The notes under the pieces: model-generated
Seen by the model: the letters and a program-made list of their open reading frames with translations, nothing else
Database searches by the model: none
Told to the model about the DNA's origin: nothing
Shown: in pieces, positions 49,141 to 59,505 of the stretch
Position numbering within the stretch: position 1 is the first letter of the stretch
Layout: every line of letters starts with the position of its first letter
Position numbers and translations under genes: made by a program
Assembly: GCA_963845755.1 (NCBI GenBank)
Contig: CAWJTV010000005.1
Location: 768,001-832,000 of the forward strand
Length of the DNA stretch: 64,000 bases
Direction of reading: 5' to 3'
Origin: an uncultured Planctomycetota bacterium
GTDB taxonomy: Bacteria > Planctomycetota > Planctomycetia > Isosphaerales > Isosphaeraceae

Positions 49141-52100
49141 TCACTGGACGCCGGGGAAGATGATGTGAATCTCGCCGCGGCGGCTGTTCTCGTTCAGCCA
49201 TCGCAGAAAAAGCTCTCTCCTGCTTTCCCTGGTCCTATTGCTCGACTTTGTCATCATCCTCTTTCTGAAGGCGGTACTATCAAATTCGCCCTTGTAAGTG
49301 GGGTAGCTGGGCACGATTTGCGTCAAGGACTCCAATGAGAAGTGCCCGTTCAGATAGCCATCCGCCAGTAGATCCGTTGTCTCCTCGGGAGTGAAAAACT
49401 CGCTCAGCAGGATCAGAGGGCAACTCGACTCCCTGCAACGATCAATTCTTCCCAGCAATGCTTCTCTAAAGTACTGCCTAAGTTCTTTACTTACCTTTTT
49501 ATAAGTTATATTATTTGATATATAGATATGAGAATATTTTAAGGAAAGAGATGGATCGCTCGTAAAGTCATGGGCGGCGATGAGGTCGGGGGCAAGCTCA
49601 CTCCATCTGGCGTTGGATGGATCCAAGTCGATCAGCACATCGGCAGCGAAGTATCTCTGCCAGATTGCCCGCCCCTTGTCAGCGGCTATCTCCCACATCC
49701 GGGCTGAGAACCCTGGGTCATGTTTCTGCAGGATCGACGAAGCGAAGTCGGCTCCGGGTTCGGTTGGATAAGAAGCACCGAACCCTGGTCGTTTCGATCC
49801 CTTCTTGATGGGAAGAATCTGAAGGTAGAGGCTGTCCCGGATGTCGGGATGCGTGGGCATGAGTGCAGCACTGTAACGCATAATTTTATATGCATTATTA
49901 TCCCTCTTTGCGTCGGCAAGCTCGCTCTCCAGCATGGGGTCGATCCAGAAGCGGAAGGATTTCATGTTGTCGATCGCCTCCATGGAGGCGAGTCCCATCC
50001 GGAATTGATCGGCTAACAACGTCGCCCTGACATACTGACTCACGACGACCGGGAATACGCATGATAATGCGATGATGAACAGGGCGGAAATCAAGCCGGC
50101 TCTGTGCTTCCTTGAGGCGGCTCGCAACATGCGACGCTCCAATGGGCTCCACTTCGCTTTCCTAGTCAGCGCGAGAATGCCGAGCCACTCCGAGAAGCTG
50201 GGCAGGCTTTGCCTCCTCGGATTTGCGCCCCATACTCTCGCCGCTTCGGCGAGCCGGATCTCTGCCTTTCCCCTGCGGGTCTGCCGCTGTTTGCGGCTCA
50301 GCCACTCGCGCAGGGAGTGGACCAGATAATCGTGGCTCAACTGGTAATAACGCTCTCCAGTCCTCAGACTTGATTGATCGTCGTCTGAACCTTCCGGGTC
50401 CGTCGGCGTGATCAGTCGAAGATCCTGGTCGAGGATTCGGATCAAGTCTTCGAAGTCCCTGGGACGGTTTGCATAGCCCGATGCGTCGAGCAACTCGTGG
50501 CGTGATCGCATCTCCCCTTTGATGTCGGTGCCGGTCTCGGGCAACAGGGTTTTCAACACCGCCTGCGCCGGCTTCTGGTGGAAGCGGTGCTTGGGGTTGG
50601 CCTGGGGGGAACTGAACGCCTCGTCGAGGAACGTGGCGCCCACGCCCTCGGTGCCACCGACCTCCCTCAAGGTCGCCGGAGTCCAGGGCTTCCCCTTGAC
50701 CATCTCGGCGAACAGGGCGAGCCGCACCGAGACCACCTTACCGTCCTGGGCCAGCTCGTCGATCGTCTGGTCCAGGAAGGCGTGCTGATCCCTGGAGAGG
50801 TCGGCCGTACGATCAGGCAGATTCCCATAGGCGGTCCCGAAGGCGGAAAGCACCTTGCGTGCATGGCGACGGTCGAAAAGATCGACGGCAGCCGTGTTCT
50901 GCCCCTTGAGGAGTTCGACTTCCAGGGCATCCATGAACCGGGTCGCCGCCATCCAGAAATCATCCCGCACCATCACGATGGCCTGGACATGCTCGCCGTC
51001 GCATTGCCTCAAGGCAGCGACCAGTTCCGTGTTCCCCTCCCCACGGCTGGCATGGAGCCACTGCTCGAATTGGTCCAGAACCAGGAGCACTTTCCGACCG
51101 GAGCGGAGCAGCCGTCCCGAGCGGATCGCCGCCAGGGAACCGACCAGACTGACCTCCGCCGGCAAGTCCGGACTGACCTTCCGGAGCCCTCTCAGCAGCC
51201 GATTCTCCGTGTCCTCCGGGGTCGCCTCGATGTACACGGGCGAGACGTACTTCGCCAGACGAGGGAGCAGACCAGCCTTGACCATCGAGGACTTCCCGCA
51301 CCCCGAGGGACCGTAGATCAGCCCGACGCGGAATGTACGGTCAGGATCGGTCGTCTCGATGCGGGCTTTCCAGAAGCGGATGCTGTCGGGCAGACCGTCG
51401 CGGTCTCTCGGTCCCGGGAGCAATTCCAGGAAGAAGTCGGCGTCTTGATCGTCAAACGATCGCAGCCCCTTCGGGACAATCCTGATCGGGTGCAAGTCCG
51501 AGTCGGGAGCCTGGGGAGTGATCGGTGGCGGGGTGACCTCCCGGGGCGAGCCAGTGGGCAGATTGGCGGCGGCGCCGGGCGACACCGGGAGCGCGGGACT
51601 GACCTCATGATCCAGGAAGTAGCGAAGGTCTTCCGCCATGTCCCTGGCGGTCGTGTACCGCTCGGACGCCCGCTTCGCCAGCGCCTTCAAGCAGATCCGT
51701 TCCAGTTCCCTGGGGATCGTATCGTCGATCTGGCGAGGTGGGCGAGCCTCAGCCTGAGTCACCTGCTCGATGATCTCCCGCAACGAATCGCCCCGGAATG
51801 GTCTTCTCCCCGTCAGCATCTCGTACAACACGACTCCCAGGCTAAAGATGTCCGAACGCCCATCGACCCGGTGACCCTCGCCTCGTGCCTGCTCGGGACT
51901 CATGTAGGATGGCGTGCCAGCCAGTCTCCCGCTTCTGCCGGAATCCTCGTCTTTGAGCGCCAACCCGAAGTCAGCGACACAGGGCTTGCCCGAGGCATCG
52001 ATGAGGATGTTGGCGGGCTTGATGTCCCGGTGTACGAGTCCCTGGGTGTGCGGCGTAATGGAGCGCCTCGGCGACGATGGCGACGAGTTCCGCCGATTCG

Positions 52101-52565
52101 CGGAATCCGGGGCGAGCCTGTCCCATTCTGACCGCCAGATCGCTGCCTTCGACGAGCTTCGAGACCACGAAGCAGAGCCCGTCTTCCGTGCGACCCACGT
52201 CATGAACTGGCACGATATGGGGATGGTCCAGCTTGGCGAGGATGCGAGCTTCGTTCAGATACGACTCCATATCCTCGGGATGGGCGATACATCCGGGGTT
52301 CGGAACCTTGATCGCGACCGGACGATCGAGGTCGTCGTCGTGCGCGAGGTAGACCCGTCCGAATCCGCCCTGACCGAGGAGCCGGGCGATCCGGTAGCGC
52401 CCCAATCTTGATGGGATTGCCTGTCGCTGTTGCTCCGGTGCCGTCGCCAGGCGTCTTCGGAACCTCTGTTCCCGACACGTCTCTTGTCTCGTCCGAGGTG
52501 TAACTGGAGACCTCGACGTGCGGTCGCAGGTCCTCGGTTATAGACGGGTTCTTCGTCTCATCCAT
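49141..52565 (-). CDS. Ser/Thr protein kinase - STAND-like P-loop ATPase - TM - unknown C-terminus, two frameshifts (near 52400 and 52050)
   Basis: LGQGGFGRVY, VAIKVP, HRDIKPANIL, DFGLA, GTPSYMSPEQ; GPSGCGKSS, LDQFEQ, YQLSHDYL. Confidence 0.9.
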
Positions 52566-52754
52566 CGCCCGGTCCTCGACGACGACCGATCGCACACAGG
52601 ACGACCCGTTAGGATACCGCGCGGCACGGTTGGTTGCACCTGGTCGAGGACTCGCAGTCTTCCACTCCCGGGGCTCGCGAGTTCGACCCAAGCGCGGCTT
52701 CGCCCGTCGCAGACCACCTACCCGGGGGAAAAGCGGGGGAAAGGGGACGCGGCT

Positions 52755-52984
52755 GAATGCCATTAAGTTAAGCGTAAAGACAGATTCTAATTGCACTTAG
52801 GGTCGATCTCCCCGGCTCCAATCAGAAATAGTTTAGATATGTTAATTTGATTCTCAGAGCGAAAACACCCTGGATCCAAGCCGCATGGAATGATCTAGAT
52901 ATCAACATACTTATAAAATCGCCGAAAACATGCTCGACGCAAGCCGTTTGGAGATCAGGAGTTAAACTTAACTTAATGCCATTC
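52755..52984. mobile_element. 230-bp non-autonomous IS4-type element (MITE)
   Basis: 18-bp TIRs, 17/18 match (GAATGCCATTAAGTTAAG / CTTAACTTAATGCCATTC); perfect 11-bp target duplication GGGACGCGGCT (52744-52754 and 52985-52995); AT-rich interior. Confidence 0.9.
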
Positions 52985-53033
52985 GGGACGCGGCTCGTTT
53001 TTCGGGAAGGGGGGCGTGGCTTGGTCGAATCAT

Positions 53034-53085
53034 CTAAAACTCATTGACCATCTCACCGACTAAAACTCATTGACTATCTCACCGA
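53034..53085 (+). repeat. 26-bp tandem duplication
   Basis: CTAAAACTCATTGAC(C/T)ATCTCACCGA twice, 25/26 identical. Confidence 0.9.
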
Positions 53086-53415
53086 GGCGCGATTCAGAGT
53101 CCGATCCGGTGTCAGGGGATATGCAGCCGCCCCGTACCGCGGACGTCGTCAATCCGCGAGAGGTAGTCGAAGTGTTGCTTTCACGGCGTCCTTGCTCCAG
53201 GAGCTGTCTTAATTGAGCCAGGCGTTCGTTGCGGTCTCGTCACCGCTCGGGGAGTCGAAGCCTCTGCGACCGAATTTGCTCCGCGCGGTGTTCTCGGACA
53301 CGGCGCTCGTAATTGTGAAGTTCGTCGCGCTCTTGCCGGTAGTAGCCCTCGACGATCTCGATCTCCTCGTGGTCAGACTCGGAAGCCAGCGGATGATCTC
53401 AACGCAGGTGCAGTC

Positions 53416-54835
53416 TAGACCGACAATCCTCAATTGAGTGAGCATGAGCAAGGTGGCTTCTCCATCCTTGGTCGTTTGCCTCTTTTCACGCCACCTTCAC
53501 CCGCAGCGGGCGACCGGTGTAGGTCCAGTGGAACGGCTTGGCAAACACCCGATTGAAATACGCGATGAAGTTCCACAGCTTGCTCTGCAGGTCGTCCACC
53601 GAACTGAACGAGCCGCGCCGAATCACCTTCCTCATGATTACTCCGAAGACCGTCTCGATCTGGTTCAGCCACGAACTGTGCTTCGGCGTGTACACGAACC
53701 GGATCCGGTGGCCCTTCTCCGACAGGAACGCTTGCCGGCTGGCCACCGACTTGAGGATCCCGCGCACGTTCTTCCTCCCCAACGGCTCCGCGATCCCGCA
53801 CGCCTTGGCCACCAACCGCACCAGCATCTCCGAGCCATGGATGTTCAAATTATCCACCACGAAGATCCACCCCGCCTCCGGGTCGGTCGCCACCGTGTGC
53901 GCGATGTGTTCGACGAAATCCAACTCCGTCCGCGTCGGGCCGATCGTGGGGGTGATCAACTCGCCGGTCGTCACGTCGAAGTTGCCGATCAGAGTCAGCG
54001 TCCCATGCCGCGTATATTCGGCCTCGATCCGCTCGGGCCTCCCGTAGGTCATCGGCTGATCGGGGGCACTCCGCTCCAGCGCTTGCAACCCGGTCATCTC
54101 ATCGGTGCTGACGGTGTGCGTCCCCTGGTCCCTCGCCAGGGCCGGCGCCTCCTGGTAGGTGTCACAGACCGCCTGGACCCGCCCCGCAAAGACCACCGGA
54201 TCTTTCTCGCGGGTGTTGAGCCAATACCGCTTCTTGTGCGGCTGCAAGGCGGCCTCGCGGAGATAGCGACCCACTTGAGTGACCGAGATCGAGGGCACGA
54301 TGCCGCGCTTGATGGCCTCGTCGGCCAACTCCTTGGCCGTCCAGTGAGTGATCGGCCGGCCGGACTTCTCCGGGGGCTCGCAGGCCAGTGCCAGGATCGC
54401 CACGACCTGCTCGGGAGTGAACTTGCCGGAGGAGCCGGCGCGGGGCTCATCGCGGAGGACCTGCTCGACGGCCCGGCGCAACGCGGCGTGGGTCTGGGTG
54501 CACTCGATGCGGATGAGCCGCTCCCAGGCGTCGGCCCAACGTCGTCGCCAGGTGCTGACCTGCCGCCGCGACAGCCCGACTGCGGCGGCGATCTCCGCGT
54601 TGTCCCGCTTCTGGAAGGCCCAGAGAATGATGGCCGCACGTTGGCGGAGTTGAGACGAGGCGGTGGGTGCGTTGTGGATCGTTTCCAGGAGATCGTGTTG
54701 ACGTTCGGTGATGGTGACCTTGGCCGTCTTGCCCGGCATAGCGAGAGCCTCCCTGGTGGTTGCGAAGCTAGCGAATCCAGGTAATTCTAGCCGGGTCATC
54801 AAGCTGTTGGTGCCTCAATCAGGATTGTCGGTCTA
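53416..54835 (-). mobile_element. IS630-family insertion sequence with TA target duplication
   Basis: Ends CTAGACCGACAATCCTCAATTGAG / CTCAATCAGGATTGTCGGTCTAG. Confidence 0.92.
53486..54739 (-). CDS. IS630-family transposase
   Basis: HTH, STDEMTG, EYTRHGT, VDNLNIH, YTPKHSSWLNQIE. Confidence 0.95.
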   Translation of the reverse strand: MPGKTAKVTITERQHDLLETIHNAPTASSQLRQRAAIILWAFQKRDNAEIAAAVGLSRRQVSTWRRRWADAWERLIRIECTQTHAALRRAVEQVLRDEPRAGSSGKFTPEQVVAILALACEPPEKSGRPITHWTAKELADEAIKRGIVPSISVTQVGRYLREAALQPHKKRYWLNTREKDPVVFAGRVQAVCDTYQEAPALARDQGTHTVSTDEMTGLQALERSAPDQPMTYGRPERIEAEYTRHGTLTLIGNFDVTTGELITPTIGPTRTELDFVEHIAHTVATDPEAGWIFVVDNLNIHGSEMLVRLVAKACGIAEPLGRKNVRGILKSVASRQAFLSEKGHRIRFVYTPKHSSWLNQIETVFGVIMRKVIRRGSFSSVDDLQSKLWNFIAYFNRVFAKPFHWTYTGRPLRVKVA

Positions 54836-54948
54836 GTCAGCCTTTGCGAACGAATTTGGCGTCGTCGATTGAGTCGGACCAGAATTGAGGAAGGAGGACT
54901 AAAACGAATCAACTCACTGACGCAAATGCTTGAAAAACAAGCATTTAG

Positions 54949-54990
54949 TGGAGACGACCGGGATCGAACCGGCAACCTCCTGGTTGCAAA
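54949..54990 (-). tRNA. 3' half only of tRNA-Ala(TGC); att site of an integrated element, not a functional tRNA
   Basis: Minus strand TTTGCAA-CCAGG-AGGTT-GCCGG-TTCGATC-CCGGT-CGTCTCC-A (anticodon loop, T arm, U70, A73). Upstream DNA does not pair with the anticodon or acceptor stem. Confidence 0.88.
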
Positions 54991-55515
54991 GCGATCTATC
55001 CCGAGCAGCCTTCCGTGAGAAAACCCCTGGAATTATCGCTATTATGCACCTCGGGCGGTCAATGTGCAACGGTAAGTCATCATGCTCGTAAATCGCCGAA
55101 TAACCACGGTATTACCGGGTTCTACCGAGTTCGGTCATTACCGGAATCGCAGATCCGAGGCCTTGCACGCTAGGCGGGAACTCGATCCTCGGTTTGAGCA
55201 TCCTGGAGCGGAGAAATGGGACCTTTCCTCCGGCGGCCTTGATGGACCTTGCAGCTTAAGTTAAGTTCATCCGGCCTCCGACACGTCGGCGTTCGGTGGA
55301 AGAAATCACCTCGATACGGGCCCATCGACCGTACTTAGTGTTGGCAAGGCACCGAGCCACGGCGCAGTGGACAGCATTCTATGCTCACAGAATTTATCGA
55401 ATCGATCGCTTCGCTTGATGATTCAAATCGGCGTGCACTTCAGGTCAACCGAGGACGTTGACCAGATTCTCGACCAAGGAGACCGCTCCATTCCAGCCAA
55501 AGTCAAGGGAAGGGT

Positions 55516-55893
55516 ATGTTCGTCAAGGAGATGCTCAACGATAATCCACTCGCCAACGCCGCGATCGTCAACGATGCCTGGCGGGCGGCCGTCATGTTGG
55601 GCGGCATCAGCGTCACCTTCGTCAGCAAGATACGGTCCCGGATGGGGCTGTCGGGGAACCTGGGCCGCGGGCGAGGGAGCAGGACGAGGACGACCCGCGT
55701 GAGACCAGGTCGGAACGGACCACGCCGGTCCAGACCGGATCGAAGGGGACAGGCCCGGTCAAGGCGGGGAAAAAGGAGCGGTCTCAGTGATCTGGAGGTC
55801 GAGATTGACCGGCTGCTGATGAAAGTCGTGGAGAACGGCACGCTCCCCGAGGTCGAGAACGCGTTGAGAAATGCCCGGCGTCAGCTTTACTAA
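55516..55893 (+). CDS. small basic hypothetical protein, 5' end possibly decayed
   Basis: FVKEMLNDNPLAN..VNDAWRAA...R/G-rich linker...LEVEIDRLLMKV; a strong AAGGAG RBS precedes ATT rather than ATG. Confidence 0.55.
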   Translation: MFVKEMLNDNPLANAAIVNDAWRAAVMLGGISVTFVSKIRSRMGLSGNLGRGRGSRTRTTRVRPGRNGPRRSRPDRRGQARSRRGKRSGLSDLEVEIDRLLMKVVENGTLPEVENALRNARRQLY

Positions 55894-56060
55894 AGCCTGG
55901 CCGCCCGCTCTTGAAACTAGGTTCGAGCGGGTACCGGTCTCATCCAACGCATGGCGGACCGACAAATCCGAATTAGAGGACATCGCTTCGGCGGTTCGTG
56001 GCACTTCCGTGACAGGATTCTAAGAGGCGGTTAGAGTGGCACCGGCAAGAAAGGGGGTTA

Positions 56061-56669
56061 ATGAACACAGGTACGATATTCCCTTACTGGACGGCGACGA
56101 TGAGTCATCCGACGATTGACTGCCCCATCGCCCTTCCTAGCCTACACGCAACCCCTACTTTTCCGGCCCGATCCCAAGTCGAGAGGGTAACAGGGGATGA
56201 ACCCCAAAACGAGAGGATGGCCAGAGATATGACATTCTTGAGCGAGACGTTGGGGCGATTGGAGGCCCGGAACCTTACCCGCAAGCGGCGGATATCGCAG
56301 CACGCCTGGAACCACGCGATCCAGGTCTTGACAGAGCGCATCCAGGAACTTGACCGGCAGGCGGCGGAAGCGACCGGTCGCGTGGAAGCGTCTCGGAGCG
56401 CAGAGGAACATAGGGCGGCGCAGCACGAGAGAAACGTGGCGGTCTGGTTGAGATCGCGGCTCCTCACTGCGAAGGAGAGGATTCAGGAGCTAACGAATGG
56501 CCTCAAGGAAGTCGGGAAAGGCCCAGAGCGAAAGTCGCTTGCCGATCCATATATCAGGCAGATTCGTGCGGCGCGGGCCGCGGAGACAGAAGCGGAACAG
56601 CGGTGGAGATCCGCAATGGCCAAGACGACATCCTCCGCATCGTCGGGGACAGCGGCGGCTGCAACCTGA
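56061..56669 (+). CDS. coiled-coil hypothetical protein
   Basis: 202-aa ORF with AAAGGGGG RBS, helical composition; start uncertain. Confidence 0.5.
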   Translation: MNTGTIFPYWTATMSHPTIDCPIALPSLHATPTFPARSQVERVTGDEPQNERMARDMTFLSETLGRLEARNLTRKRRISQHAWNHAIQVLTERIQELDRQAAEATGRVEASRSAEEHRAAQHERNVAVWLRSRLLTAKERIQELTNGLKEVGKGPERKSLADPYIRQIRAARAAETEAEQRWRSAMAKTTSSASSGTAAAAT

Positions 56670-57004
56670 CCTTCGGGGGCTGGGATCCGGCGTGTCTCCC
56701 GGTGCGGTAAGTCGAACACGCGGAAGTGCATCGCGCTGGCGGGGAACCTCTCGGATTCCCTAACTGAGATGGTGGACTCGAAGTGACTGGGGCACAGGCG
56801 ATCGAGGGTCAAGCTCTCCGTCGTTGCGGGAGCCTCCGCCTCCGCCGCAGTGCCTACGAAACCGTACCAGCGGGAGACAGCCTCTGCAGTTGGTGGCGCA
56901 GAGGAGGCCGGCTCGCGGCATCTTGTTCGGCGTCCAATTAACCCGGATAATCCGAGCTGTCGATCGGACCGTCAAAGCGTGCTAAACCCTCGTGCAGAAG
57001 CCCA

Positions 57005-58170
57005 ATGCCGCAGTCGATCCCCAAGGGCCTGACCCGGGAATGCGTCCTCCAGGCGCTCGCCGACCTAGACGCCGGGATCGAGCACCCCTTCGGGCCTCCG
57101 ACCGGCTACGAGCTGGTGCACGACGGCATGAGGTACGCCCCCAAGGCGGTCATCGGGCTCGCCTGCCGGTCCCTGCTCGGCCGGGTCCTGCTACCGGACG
57201 AGTTCAGCGGCGGCGAGGCGCCGGGGCAGGCGAATTATGTTCTCCGGGAACTGGGCTTCACGGTGGCGAGGAAAGCCGAACTGTCCGACGTCGGAGGAAT
57301 CGGAGGAGGTCCTCGAGCGGGGGCAGTCCTGGACTGCCTACGAGGTCGAGCTGATCGTCGCCGACTACTTCGAGATGCTCCGGGCCGAACTGTCCGGAGA
57401 GGGGTTCAGCAAGGCCGACCACAACCGGGAGTTGCGATCGATGCTCGACAACCGCTCGAAGAGCTCGGTCGAGTACAAGCACCAGAACATCAGCGCCGTC
57501 CTGATCGGGATGGGCCTGCCCTACATCGACGGGTACAAGCCGGCCAGGAACATCCAGAAGACGCTGCCGCAGGCGGTCGGCGAGTATCTGATCCGGCATC
57601 CCGAGTTCTTCGAGAAACTGGCCGATGGGCCGGTGCTCAACCCGACCCACGTACCCGTGATCGGGGACCGCCCGATCGAGGATTACTTCGAGAGCCGTCC
57701 CGACGCGATCATCGTCCCCGGGAACGACGACAAGCCCTGGCTCTCGCGGCGCGGCCGAAAGATCGACTTCGCACGCCGGGATGCCTTCAACCGCCACCTG
57801 GGTCAACTGGGCGAGCAGTTCGCCATCGAGATCGAGAGACAGCGGTTGATATCGGCCGGGACGGGACGATCTCGCGGCCAAGATCGAATGGGTGGCTCAG
57901 ACATGCGGGGACGGCGTTGGGTTCGATGTGCTGTCGTTCGACCCGAACGACGACACCGAGCAGTTCATCGAGGTCAAGACGACGGGACTGGGCAAGCACT
58001 TCCCGTTCTACATGACCGCGAACGAGGTGCGATGCTCCGAGGATCGGCCGGCGCAGTTCCGGCTCTACCGCGTGTTCGATTTCGGCCGGAGTCCCAGGGT
58101 CTACGTGGTATCCGGGGCCGTGTCGCGGGAATTCCGACTGGAGCCAGTCGAATACCGCGCATCGATTTGA
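57005..58170 (+). CDS. DUF3883 (NO_VEIN-like PD-(D/E)XK) nuclease with two N-terminal putative DNA-recognition domains, two frameshifts
   Basis: GMRYAPKAVIGLA...FSGGE...NYVLRELGF; WTAYEVELIVADYFEML...SVEYKHQNISAVL; GQLGEQFA...GDGVGFDVLSF...IEVKTT...NEV...LYRVFDF. Confidence 0.82.
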
Positions 58171-58255
58171 AGCAGGCGACTATCCATCGCCTTTCTCGTG
58201 GTTATGGGCGACTTGGCCCGGCGGTAGGGCAAACTCAACGAGTGAATCGTACGTG

Positions 58256-59182
58256 TTAGATTTCACTCTCGTCGAAGAAGTCGTTTGAGACCTCTTTCAA
58301 TGAATAGGTCTTCGTCGTCGTCACACCGAGGTTGTGCTCGATCATCAGAGACGCCAACTGGTCGCCGTCGATCAACACGACCTTCTTCCCCTCGATCCGG
58401 TCCACGAAATCCATAGCATCCTTCGTGAAGACCGAGGTCGTCATGATCACTCCTTTCCTTGCCCGGATGTAATCCATGCTGCCGACGAAGCCCTGGACGA
58501 CCGGCCTGCCCACGGGTCCATCCCATCGCTTCGCCTGGATACACACCACGTCCAGCCCGAGCTTGTCCTGCTTGATCACTCCGTCAATTCCAGCATCACC
58601 TGACCTGCCGGTGACGGAACCGTGCCCCGTCACCCCGCCATAGCCCATCGCCATGAGGAGCTTGACCACGACACCTTCGAAAAACGTCGGCGAGCACAAT
58701 CTGAGCCGCGATAGGAGTTCTTCGGCGGTGGCCTGGGTAAGCGACTTATGGGCTGCGTCGATCAATTCGAGTGGGGTCCGCCTCTCCTCAATGACGGTCG
58801 TCGCTTCCGACGAGCCGATGATCTCGTCTTTGGGCTGCGACTTGCCGACGAACTCACAGTACGCGGGAAACCGCTTCAGGAACCTGACATTGATCGCTTG
58901 GGGCCTCTCGGCCAGTACCTTGCGGCCCAGGTCGGAGATACGGACTCGGCCGCGTATCGGGTTCTCCAACAGCCCTGCGGCCTTGAGGTGTGACTTGGCC
59001 CAGGCCACTCGGTTACTGAAGATCGTTTGCTGTCCGCTGGGCAGAATCTCCTCTCGCTCTTCATGTGTCAGTTGGAACCGGTCAGCAAGCTTGGTAGTCA
59101 AATCCCGCATGATCTGCTCGTGTCCATCGGCCAAAGCCTCGACCAGAGGGAGCATCACAGATTGAAAGTCGGGGATTGGCAT
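58256..59182 (-). CDS. mrr: Mrr-family type IV restriction endonuclease
   Basis: MPIPDFQSVMLP...NRVAWAKSHLKAAGLL (Mrr_N); FFEGVVVKLL, DAGIDG, IQAKRW, LIDGDQL (Mrr_cat). Confidence 0.95.
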   Translation of the reverse strand: MPIPDFQSVMLPLVEALADGHEQIMRDLTTKLADRFQLTHEEREEILPSGQQTIFSNRVAWAKSHLKAAGLLENPIRGRVRISDLGRKVLAERPQAINVRFLKRFPAYCEFVGKSQPKDEIIGSSEATTVIEERRTPLELIDAAHKSLTQATAEELLSRLRLCSPTFFEGVVVKLLMAMGYGGVTGHGSVTGRSGDAGIDGVIKQDKLGLDVVCIQAKRWDGPVGRPVVQGFVGSMDYIRARKGVIMTTSVFTKDAMDFVDRIEGKKVVLIDGDQLASLMIEHNLGVTTTKTYSLKEVSNDFFDESEI

Positions 59183-59505
59183 GACTTCACCTCGCTGCTT
59201 CGCTCAACTCGGCGGAGTGACCTGCGACGATGGCTCGGACGACCTCTCGCTCCGCTTCCAATTCTGCTCGCAACATCACCGGTGAGGAATAAGGAGGTCG
59301 TTGAACTAAATCTGGAACGACTGAGTATGGCGACTCGCTACTTTTCCCAAGGTGACACGAGTGTTGCGAGTGGTGGCGAATTCCCGTCGAGGGCCGCCGA
59401 GCCGGAGTCTGGGAAGAATCGGATCTCAATCGTAGGCGATGCCCCGGTTCCTGACGCTTCGGTCGAATTCGCTACCAGACTCAGTGTTGGGTCAAGGCCC
59501 TCCTA

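Noticed and set aside
49141..50120. Diversity-generating retroelement target in the kinase C-terminus
   Set aside because: No C-type lectin/FGE motif, template repeat or reverse transcriptase in the window.
53034..53085. Mini-CRISPR or iterons
   Set aside because: Only two abutting copies, no spacer and no rep gene.
54949..55025. Complete tRNA-Ala gene
   Set aside because: The 5' acceptor strand, D arm and 5' anticodon stem are absent.
55249..55270. CTTAAGTTAAG as a further IS4-type end
   Set aside because: Only about 10 bp match the MITE TIR, with no partner end or target duplication.
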